The notes under the pieces: generated by a model
Seen by the model: the letters and a program-made list of their open reading frames with translations, nothing else
Databases searched by the model: none
Told to the model about the DNA's origin: nothing
In this document: in pieces, positions 49,612 through 61,000 of the stretch
Position numbering within the stretch: the stretch's first letter is position 1
How the letters are laid out: each line of letters opens with the position of its first letter
Source of the DNA: Blastocystis sp. ATCC 50177/Nand II
Lineage: Eukaryota
Direction: 5' to 3'
DNA length: 64,000 nt
Assembly (NCBI GenBank): GCA_039096935.1
Contig: JBBPEE010000035.1
Coordinates: 806,001 to 870,000, forward strand
Program-made: the position numbers and the translations under genes

Positions 49612-50746
49612 ATGGAGGCAAACAACGTTGAAACGAAGGAACAGCCCATTTTTCAGCTCATGAAGTCTCATTCCTTTAGCGACGAAAATATAATGCAGGA
49701 GCGTAAGCACAACAAGAAGGAGTCGTCTTCCTTGTTACTAGACTGGTTCCGATGGAATGGCGTTTATCTGTACGCGTATGGATGCTCTCTTGCTGGAATT
49801 CTGTGCGCCGTCGTGTCTCCCTTGCTGAACATGTGAGGAACGGGATTTCCGCATCACTGTTAGGTATCAGGGAGGAAACCTCTTTCCCTACGTGTCGGAA
49901 GTGATCCGAGGTGGGTACGTGAAGGCGCTGTTCTTCCTCGGCAGTTTCGTTGGTTTCATTCCCACTCTTTTCTTTGCAACGAACTACCTGCGAGTTGCCC
50001 TTCACTACAGTGTCTTCATCCAGAATGCGTGCAAACGCCACGTGTATCGCAATTCCCAGTATGTAGGGCTTCTCTCCCGTGTTTACCGTAGCTCCTTTAT
50101 GTGCTGTTTCTGTACAGTGCTGTTAGCGTGATCGGGGTTAGTTTGTTCGATATGGATACAAGCATGGACTTCCACTCCTTCTTCTCTTCCACGTGGGTCC
50201 TTTTCACGAACGTCATGGAGGTCATCCAGCTTGCTTCCGTGAAATGGACCTTGTACCAGAGTAGGAGGCGGGATTGGCGAATGAAGCATAGAAACGAAAG
50301 AACCGTGGTACATCACGGAAAAGGCTCTCATTTTGCTCTTCTCTATCGCCGGCATGCTCATGTTCGTGCTCCTCGGCATGTACGTGCCGTGCCATTGTAA
50401 TCGCTATCGCCATCTCTCAGACGTAGCTTACACCATGACGATGGACCAGTGTCTTCTGGAGTTCCCGGAGGCGTATTGTTTCAGCATTCAGCGGAAGGAG
50501 CCGGATTACCGTGCATGTGCGTGCGTCTTGCTGTGTTGAGGCCTAGTTGTCACCCTGAGGCAGTACAGTCACTGCGGCACGCTGCACTTCTGCCGGGGCC
50601 TTGGGGAGTTCGTCGCCGTCATTTCGACCATGTACTATTTAACGACCATCGTGTACGACGTGAAGAAGCTCCAGCAGGAGATCAACAGGAAGGCCGAGAA
50701 GGATGCTGGAACAAGCATTTGCATTGGTTTGTCCGAAGACGAGTAA
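49612..50746 (+). CDS. Multi-pass membrane protein, Frag1/DRAM/Sfk1-like
   Basis: FPYVSEVIRGG after the first TM, GVSLFD...FHSFF, several hydrophobic segments. Confidence 0.55.
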
Positions 50747-50749
50747 CGT

Positions 50750-50920
50750 GGCTTGTTTGTAACAACAAAGTCGGATTGTAACAATAAGGAAACAATTACT
50801 AGTAACAAACAAATGACAACACCTGTTTGTAACAAACACCCAACAACGTGTGCTAGTAACAATAACGAAACAACGTTTACTAGTTCAGACAAATAACAAC
50901 ACATGATTGTAACAAACACC
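50750..50920. terminator. Cluster of TGTTTGT(T/A)/AACAAACA 3'-end motifs between convergent genes
   Basis: tgtttgtaacaaaca at 50824-50838, aacaaaca at 50911-50918, several gtaacaa variants. Confidence 0.7.
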
Positions 50921-50922
50921 CA

Positions 50923-51968
50923 ACAGCGTCTCCGGCTTCACCTCCGTCTTCGCCTCTGCATTTGCCGGCTGCTCGTTAAACTCGTTCACCAGCGAGGTCG
51001 CCGTGTCCCTCGCGGCGCTCCACAGAGAGCTCGCCGTGCTGGACAGCCAGCTCCAGCCCGCCTGCGCCCTCTGCTTCACGTTCTCCTGGAACTCGGGGTC
51101 CTGCAGCGTCGTCGTGACCTTCGTCACGCCCGACTGAATCGTGTCGGTGATCTTCGCGTCCTTGATCGTCTGCACCACCTGACTGCCCATCGTGGTGAGC
51201 GATTTGGTCAGACTACGGTGAATCGACAACGCCATTCTCACTCATCCACCACCTTGGTCACCTCCTCCGGGAACAGGCTCTCCTCCTTCGGGGGAAGCGG
51301 GGAGGAGCCGCAGGCCTAGTCGTGAGCGTGTAGACACGCGATTACCTGATTCGCCAGACCGCCCTCGCCAAACTTGGCGTTCAGTCTGCGCTGCGCCTCC
51401 TCCTGCAACTGCACACCGTTGGGGTCCTCCGCACTGACTCTAGGGATGAAGCAGCCCATCCACGGTCACTCCACGGGGAACGCCTCCATGGGTCTCGGAA
51501 GCTCCGTCGGAGGCTCGCGTCCCTCCACCTTCGCCTTGATGCTAGGAGTGAGAAGGGAAAAGAATGGGCACATCTCGCGGTACAGCTCGGCCGCGGGAGA
51601 ATTATATTTCTGCTTGATTGTTGCATTCTTCGGGATGTTATACTTGGCGAAAAAGTCGTTGAGGTTCTGATTTCCGCCCACGCGCATGGCCTGGATTTCC
51701 TTCTCGGACCACGAGTCCATCTGCGCGGATCGCACAAAGCTGATGTGCACCTAGGCGGAACACGAAGAAAGCGAGCAAACTCCCAGACCGCGGTGCTTTC
51801 CGGAGCACTCGAGACAGATAAAGGTTCCGTATGTGACAGAGGCCCACTGCGGACGGGCGGCTCCGCAATCTGCACACACCTGCAACGTCACCATCAGGAA
51901 AGGAAGGATACGTTGTTTCCCGGGAGCTGTCGCAGCTCGTTATACACTTCGATAGGCATACGACTCAT
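50923..51968 (-). CDS. ArfGAP (ArfGAP1/Gcs1-like); stop completed by poly(A)
   Basis: CADC...[36 protein letters not shown]...GGN; GWSWLSS amphipathic tail; ends CTG-T-tggg-TGTTTGTT. Confidence 0.92.
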
Positions 51969-52084
51969 GATGAATGCGTGTTTGTGAAGAATGAAGAGTG
52001 GCAGAAAACGGTGCGAAAACGGCACCCATCGACACGCAAAACCCAGCCCATTTCGGCTGTCCGAAGCGGTCTCTTGATTTCACG

Positions 52085-55000
52085 ATGGAGATGATTCGAA
52101 TTACGGACGTGTCGGATATGCTCGATTTTGGGGTGGTTTACGCAAATGGCGTGTTGGGATTGCGTTGCGTCGTTGAGGCTCTAGACCGTTTGTGCGAGAA
52201 ATCGAAATCGAAAATGTGTCGGCCAACGATATTATCGTCGAGCTGAAGTGTCCCTCGGTGATTCAGGGCGTGGAGCTGTCCATCGAGAACCAGAGTGCCA
52301 ATTCCGAACTACAGAATTGTACGAATGCATTGTAGAGGGAAATCATGCTCCGTAGATGTGTTCTCGGATTTCCCCGTCTACCGTTTTGCAAAGCGACCCG
52401 ACGAGCTGCTCTCCTACCTGAACAAAGTGAATAAGATCGAACTCGAGAAGGGGACGAAGAAGAAGTTGACCCTGATTCTGACCGTTTCCGATTCCTTTTT
52501 CGCTGCAGCGATCAACGCAAATGACAACAACACTACGAGTGAATCGATGGGAGCGGACTCTCGGGACTTCAAGTATGTGGCGCTTCGGCTGGCGTTCCAC
52601 TGCTTCTCCACCTTCCCGTCCATTCAGATCGCGGACAGGGAGCTCAACATCCACTTTTCTACGTGCCAGAATCATCTGTCCATCGACACCACGCGGATCT
52701 TCATGAACGACCTCCATGTGGGACAGGTGTACGAGCGGAAGGTGAAGGTGACGAACGACTCCTCCATCGCCACGGCCTTCTCGATCCAGAGTGTGCAGGA
52801 CCCGGCGTACGTCTGCTCCGTCTGCGTTCCGCACAACAACACGTTCGAGTGGGTATGGAGCGGAGGCCGCTCACATTCAGGTTAATGACCGATCCGCTGG
52901 TTCTTCCTCCCTTCCAAGCCGTCTTCATCATCATCCGCATCCAGCCGCTCCAGACCGGCTATCGCGACATTCCGCTCCACCTCCAGAACGAAACGAACTT
53001 GCTCGATTTCACCTCGTTTTCCGTCACGACCGTTTTCGCCCCGATTTCGGTTCACCCCTAGTTGACGACCATTGCCATCAAGCAACACGAGGTGTTTTTC
53101 TCCCTGTCTCCCGGCAAGCCGTTGGCGGACCACGACACCCTCTTCGATTTTGGCGGGTGTTTTGCCGGGAAGGTGGTGAAGCGGGAATTGTTCGTCACCA
53201 ACGACAGTGAGGAGGACGTGATCGTGAAACCCAAATCCAATCTCAATTCTCTCGTTGGCTCTGTTTCGGGAATGCCACAAATAGATCGCTTTTTCGGCAA
53301 CGACCAATTCCCGCTCTTCCAATCTGGAGGGCGTTTCATCGCTGCGGAACAGTGTTTCCTCGGAGCTGAGCGAAGAAGAAGATCATTCCTCCATCTCCAG
53401 CACCCGAGAGGACAGTTTCACCGAAGAGCGGGAAATCCTGGACCTGTGCGTTTCGTCGAAGTCTTCCCTCCGTGTGACGGTGAGCTTCCGCCCGGAGAAC
53501 GTGGTGGGCGACGACCGGCTGAAGAAGAAGAAGGAGTTTTTCTACCTGCTGTTTGAACTGCGATCCCCGCGGGAATACGGAGAAATCAGCCTCTTCTGCG
53601 AAGCCACTGTCTGCGGGAGTTTCATCGAAGTGACGCCCTTGATTGACTACCAGAACTGCAAGCGCGGCAAGGTGCACGAGAAGAATCTGGTGCTCACCAA
53701 CCGTGTAGCCTTTTTCCAGAATTCTGACCGATTTAGAGCGACCTGCCTTGCTCGGTGATTCTGGCGTGCGGCGCGTCGTCGCTCACCTTCCCCAACTCCT
53801 CGCTGATCTCGCTGTCCCCCACACTTTCACAGAGCATTCAGGAGGAAATCCACCGACCCATTGCCGATATTGCCTACTCCTGCATCATTCCAGAAAACGG
53901 GTCGATTTCCGTCCCGGTGCAGTATCGTGTGCGGACGGCGCAGCACTCCTACTCCAACTGGATCGACGTCATCAACTTGAACGCAGAGCCCATTCAAGTG
54001 TGCACTTGTCAGGTGGGTTTGGAGGGAAGATGTGATTCCAAGATTCGGGCCGAAATCGAACAGTCGGGCGTTTCACTACAGAATGCGTTTTCAATCGTGG
54101 AGTTGGGCGCCGATTCGAGTCATTCCATAAACAGCCTTGATTTCGGTTCGGTTGCCGTGGGCGGCGTTTCGCTGAAGTGCGCGAAGCTGGTGAACGAGGG
54201 CTCGATTCCTCTGTGGATGCACATCGACACACCCGCGGAAATCACGCCGGTGGTGATATTGGCGGGCAATGCGCAGCTGTGCGTGGGTGATTGCAAAGCG
54301 GTGTGAGGGTTAGAAGCTGCACTCGGGGCACGGGAACAGCGTGCTGAAGAAGAAGCGAATGAACAACCTGAATCTCGACACGATCACGAAAGGGCGCGAC
54401 GAGTTGGCGGGAGATGGCTCCTTCGACGCGGCGGCGGAGGGCAGTGGCGGCACGGATGACATGCCGCGAGCGCGCAGTCCGCGGCGCGCGGGGCAGAGCT
54501 ATGACAACTCGACGAGCGAGCTGAAGGAGAAGAGCGACGACGAAGCCTTGCCGCACCGCCGTTATCGGAGTCAGTCACAGTACGAGCCGGGCATCGAGGC
54601 GGCAATGCCGGCGCGGGACGAACGGAACGAGAGTGATGTGGTGACGAACCTGAACGACCCGGCGGGCGTGTTGGACGTGTTCGAGGGCCGTGTGCAGAGG
54701 GAGCTGACGCTGACGGAACAACGGCACCTGCGCCTGCGCCTGCTACAGAAGCTGATGGAGCGGTCGGTGCTGGGGAGCGAGTGCGGGTTTGTGCTACCGC
54801 AGGGACGGAGTGCCTGGGTGTGACTCGTTCTTTCGGCTGATGGTTAGTTGTATCTCGTGTACTCCACCGATCCTTCTCTTGCCAATCTTACCAATTCTTC
54901 ACAACTCACCTCTTCACAACTCACTTCTTCACAACTCACTTCTTCACAACTCACATCTTCACAACTCACCACCTCACAACTCACTTCTTCACAACTCACC

Positions 55001-58000
55001 ACCTCACAACTCACCTCTTCACTCTCTTCAACAACCACCTCACCACTCACCTCTTCACTCACGACCACAGGCCAAGGACTACTCCGCGTTTCCTGCAGGT
55101 ACCCCGACTATCCCATATCACCCGCTTTGCACCCGATTTCAGTCAAATCCGCGCCTGCCCCAGAGTACGATCTCCTGCCGGTGGACTCCGACTCCTCCAC
55201 CGACTCCGTGATGAACCACTCCCGCGGGATTTCGCCCTTTTCGCCGCCGCGCCCGGACGACCTGACGTACGAGAAGGTGCCGGTGTTGGAGGTGCCTCTG
55301 GTGGCAACGGGGAAGAAACCGCGGGAGAACTCGGTGTTGGAGGGAGATGTGTTTTTGCGGGAAGTTAAGGTGGCGGCAGAGAACGTGAATTGCGAGCTGA
55401 TCACACCTCAAACACACCTGCATTTTGGAAAGCTGTTCACGAAGATGAAGTATGAGAAGAAGATCCGGATTCTGAACAACGCAGGAAATCGGGGCGATTT
55501 TGACACATAGAGCAGCATCGACATTCCCGTGCTGATTCGCCAATCTATCAACTACAACATGGGAGAGAGCAAAGAAGAGCAGGAAATCGTCATTCCCAAA
55601 TTCGGGGAGAATTTCATGAAGGTGGTGATCGAGCCCTCCGTGGTCGGCATGTACACGGTGGAGAAAGAATAGGGACATTATGAATAGGGGTCCATTGTGG
55701 TGACAAACCTGCTGAATGGCGTGAAGGCGCTGAATTTCATCCTGAAAGCGGACATTTCTCAAGAAGTCACCTTTTTGGTGCTGTCCTCGTCGCCGATCGA
55801 TTTCGGGACGTTTTCCGTCAACACGGAGCGACAAGGCGTGCTGAAGATCCAGAACACGTCGACTCGCGACTTGCAATACACAGTGACGAGTGATGGGGTG
55901 ACAGTGGTGGACGAGTGCGACGGTGTGGTGCCGGGCTACGAGGGCCTGATCGACATCCGCCGCAACGAGCGGACGAGCAACGCGCTGAACAGCAACGAGC
56001 GCGAACACTTGGAGAGCAGCGTGGGTGTGGCGTGGGGCGGTGAGGGGTAGCGAGAGAAGCTGCTGCGCGACATTCGCGTGTGCAAGCGCAAGGGGCGGCG
56101 ACGCGCGCAGGAGTTTTTGGAGCGGCGTCTGGGCAATGTGGAAAGTTGGCGGGAGAAGTGAGGCGCAGATCAACAAGCGGCTGGCGGAGGACCAGGAGGT
56201 GCCGAGTCAGGAGCTGCCGCTGCACAACACGAACCACTTCGATCAGACTATGGCGACAGGGCCCAAAAAAACGCCCTGCCCGTCCTTTCAAATATGGGTG
56301 GTAGACTATGCCCGCCGCAGGCGAAAAATTGGATTTGTTATACATAACAAAAGTACCCGCAGAATGAAAACTAGCCCAAATACGAGCTATAGAGCTGTTA
56401 GCTTTGAATCGCATTAAGGGCAATGCTGAGTCACTTCTAAACTAGTGATTATTTGAATCACATTTCTAATGCGCATCCATAATGTGACTTGATTGCCTTG
56501 AAATAGATGATTGCTCAATTCACTTGTGTGAAGAACATGATAATCGAGTATACTCATCGTACGAACTCCCTTTGGTGGTGAAGAAATCATGCGTGGTGAA
56601 TGTTGGCAAGGAAAAGGTCTCCATGAATCCTTTTCTCCGCTACTATGTAAGAGAAGTGCACTATGCAATGGGGAATGGGAAGCAGGAGAAGAAAAGTATC
56701 AACTCCATTGTGTTCAAACAAGATAGCTTTTGCATTTGTTAATCAATCGACATCTGTATAGATAGATGCGTGTATCGCGAGAATAGATATATACTCCTTT
56801 AAACCAAAACTAACAGAAGTTAGATACTACGAAACTAAGGAGAGCATGTGAATCATGAATACAATGTATATATGAGACATTGAAGAGACAAACAAAGATG
56901 AATAGTGACCTAACATATGGAAGCACATAGGGATTCCTGCATAGAAAGCAATTCAGGTAAATACACATGCCAGAGTATGACTACCCCATCAGTAGCACAG
57001 GAACACATAGTATGTGCAAACGAACCTATCTATCATGAGCAAGAGGCATTGCTAAGTCGTTATCAAAAAGTGAAAATGAAAATAGTCCCTATTCCAGGAA
57101 TCGCCTAAAGCAGGGCCTATTTTGCGAATTCGTTTTTCGCCATTTTCTCATTAACCATTTGTATTTGGGTGGAATAGCATATACTATATTATTACAAACA
57201 ATGAGAGGATTCATATTATCACATCTAGCAATGCCCAATCCGCGTGGTTGTCAATTCAGCATTAGGGCCCACTTTCCAATCAAGCACCACTGAACACTTG
57301 TTGGTCAAAATCTCGATCAATACGAAGTATTTGCACAAGTGAACTACTTCATGTGAAAGAGGACTCTGAGATCTATCGATTGCCACCCTTTCCACATTCA
57401 TACCGTGCCTGGTTACAGAAATAACCGCGATTTTAGGTGGGAGTTTCGCCCACAATGCCGGTGGATTTGAAACTGTCGCCATAGATCAGACCAAGTCCAT
57501 TCGAGTGCTCCTGGAACCCGACTATTCCATCATTCTCTTCGTGAACGTGCTGATTCGACCGCAGCCGGGATTCGCGCCCGCGGTGAACCGCCTCCGCGTG
57601 AAGGGCGACGTGGTAAGGGAGTTGGAGGGAAATGAGGAACAGTCTGTGTACCGCCATATCGCGTCCTCCCAAGAAGTCCCGATTTCGGGAGAGGTCGAGA
57701 TTCCGTACGTTCCCGTATGGCGACAGTTTCAAATCCACCGGCATTGTGGGCGAAACTCCCACCTAAAATCGCGGTTATTTCTGTAACCAGGCACGGTATG
57801 AATGTGGAAAGGGTGGCAATCGATAGATCTCAGAGTCCTCTTTCACATGAAGTAGTTCACTTGTGCAAATACTTCGTATTGATCGAGATTTTGACCAACA
57901 AGTGTTCAGTGGTGCTTGATTGGAAAGTGGGCCCTAATGCTGAATTGACAACCACGCGGATTGGGCATTGCTAGATGTGATAATATGAATCCTCTCATTG

Positions 58001-61000
58001 TTTGTAATAATATAGTATATGCTATTCCACCCAAATACAAATGGTTAATGAGAAAATGGCGAAAAACGAATTCGCAAAATAGGCCCTGCTTTAGGCGATT
58101 CCTGGAATAGGGACTATTTTCATTTTCACTTTTTGATAACGACTTAGCAATGCCTCTTGCTCATGATAGATAGGTTCGTTTGCACATACTATGTGTTCCT
58201 GTGCTACTGATGGGGTAGTCATACTCTGGCATGTGTATTTACCTGGAATTGCTTTCTATGCAGGAATCCCTATGTGCTTCCATATGTTAGGTCACTATTC
58301 ATCTTTGTTTGTCTCTTCAATGTCTCATATATACATTGTATTCATGATTCACATGCTCTCCTTAGTTTCGTAGTATCTAACTTCTGTTAGTTTTGGTTTA
58401 AAGGAGTATATATCTATTCTCGCGATACACGCATCTATCTATACAGATGTCGATTGATTAACAAATGCAAAAGCTATCTTGTTTGAACACAATGGAGTTG
58501 ATACTTTTCTTCTCCTGCTTCCCATTCCCCATTGCATAGTGCACTTCTCTTACATAGTAGCGGAGAAAAGGATTCATGGAGACCTTTTCCTTGCCAACAT
58601 TCACCACGCATGATTTCTTCACCACCAAAGGGAGTTCGTACGATGAGTATACTCGATTATCATGTTCTTCACACAAGTGAATTGAGCAATCATCTATTTC
58701 AAGGCAATCAAGTCACATTATGGATGCGCATTAGAAATGTGATTCAAATAATCACTAGTTTAGAAGTGACTCAGCATTGCCCTTAATGCGATTCAAAGCT
58801 AACAGCTCTATAGCTCGTATTTGGGCTAGTTTTCATTCTGCGGGTACTTTTGTTATGTATAACAAATCCAATTTTTCGCCTGCGGCGGGCATAGTCTACC
58901 ACCCATATTTGAAAGGACGGGCAGGGCGTTTTTTTGGGCCCTGTCGCCATACGTTCCCGAACTGCCGTGGAAACAGGGAACCGCGGCCTGCCAGGTCCCC
59001 TTTTCGGTTGTGTACAACAGTGTCCCGATTGTTCCGGACAGGACCCAAATACCCTCCATTGTGGTCACGAACGAGCCGTCCGACATGTTCCAGTACATCA
59101 CGCTGAAGAACGACATTTACGACACCCTGACCCTAATGGTGAATTGGGTCAACCTCTACAACATCGGGCCCGAAATCGGCGAGGTGCGCTTCTTCGTCCA
59201 GGATTCCGGCATTCCCGAAAAGGAGTCGTTTTTCTCCTCCATCGACAACCATCTCCGACAGTCCAAATCCATGACCAAAATCGACTCGATTGTGCTCACC
59301 GCCAAGGCGTCGGTGACGCTGGTGGTCTTCTGGAAGGCGGGCATGCGCTTCAAGCAGTGCTGCAACCAAGCGGTGGTGACTTCGCTGGGTATGATGGCAG
59401 TGGTCCCGAAGCGGTCCAACTCCATGTTGTTGCACGTCCCGATTCTGCTGAAGCCGGTCGTGTCGCATTTGATTGTGTCTCCCACAGAGGTGAAACTCCC
59501 CGACTTCAACTTCGGCCGCGTGTTCACGCTGAAGCTGACGCTGTGCAACACGTCCGACGAGCCGATGACGGTGGTATCTCGCCCCTCTCTGCTGTACACC
59601 TCGCCCATTCAGGAGACGTTGCGACCGCGTGAGAAGAAGGTGGTGTCGGTTCCGGTGCAGTGTTCTGCGAAGGCGCTGCAGAACAACAACCTGGTGCAGG
59701 AGAGTATTGGCTTTGTGTGTCCCGATTCCATCGTGAATCAGGCCTCCTGTTTGTTCACCGCGGTTATTTCCAACCCTCTCTTTTTGACGCTGCCCGAGCT
59801 TGATCCCAACAACACCGGCCGGCCCGGCGTGTTCCAAATCGCCCCGATTTTCTTCTCCTCCCCCACACAGGAGTCTGCCTTCTCCATCACTTCTCTTCGC
59901 ATTCGCAACCTGCGCGACATCGACGTGTTCGTTCAGGTCAGCGAGGAGGGCAAGAATCATTTCACGCTTCTCGACTACAGTCTCCAACCCACCGAGTACG
60001 CCAAGATTCCTCAGGAGTCTGAGGCCACTGTCCAGCTCAAATTCACCACCTCCAATCGCTACTTCCAGAGCGCGGACGGCACCTGCACGTCGCCGTTCCG
60101 CCTCTTCAAGGGGAAGGCGAGAATCACGGGCTTTTCGGTTCTGACCAAAACGGAGACACTGTCGTTGCGCGAGTCGGATTCTTCCTTCCAGGATGCCGAG
60201 TACATGTCACTCACCCAACTCACCTCCTCTCTCCCGGACCTGCCCGCCGAAACGCCCGAAACGGAAAACGACCTGACGTCGCTGTTCTCCTTTTTGGTGG
60301 ATTATTCTGGAGTGGCGGGAACCGTCCAGTTTTCGCTCAGCGAGACGCAATTCCTCCTGATTCCGAAGGACTCGCAAACGCGCTCGATTTCCCGCGAAGT
60401 CAAAATCACCAACCTGAATCCGGGAATGAAACTCCCCTTCTGCATCAAGGTGATCGAGTGCTCGAACCCGTCCCTGCGCATCAAGCTATCGAAATCGGGC
60501 GGAATTCTGGAGGAGGGGAAATACACGTATTTCGTGTTCACTGCGTCCTTCTCCTGCGTCGGCTACAATTACTTCATTCTTCGCGTGTCCGACGAGGAGG
60601 AAACGGTGTACCAGGATATTCGTGCGCACGTGTTTGTCACCAGCGAGTCGCTCTCCATCACCGAGAAGGACGCCGTTCCCCGCGGGTTGAGCGCCTTCCC
60701 CGCGGTGTCCATCGGCAACGTCGCCGTCTGCCGCGACGCCAGCGGGCACATCGCCATGAACCCGCACGGCGCGTCGAGCGTCGTTCTCACCATTACCAAC
60801 ACCTCAGGCATCACTACGACCATCACGCCCTTCTCCACACTCCCGCTGCGCATCGCCGAGCCAGCCATGCCCCCGGACTTCTTCTCTTCCCTCGACTTCC
60901 CCGACACCTCCTTCTCCCTCCAAGACACAATTCCTTCCTTCTTCGACGACCTCCACGCCAGGCCCTGCTGCTCCGGCTTCGAGCTCCTGTCCGACCAGAC

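Noticed and set aside
56249..58951. Single fold-back transposon with 1.2-kb TIRs, or a simple read fold-back artefact
   Set aside because: Each arm has its own TIR pair and a distinct 8-bp TSD, and the loop is in-frame host sequence
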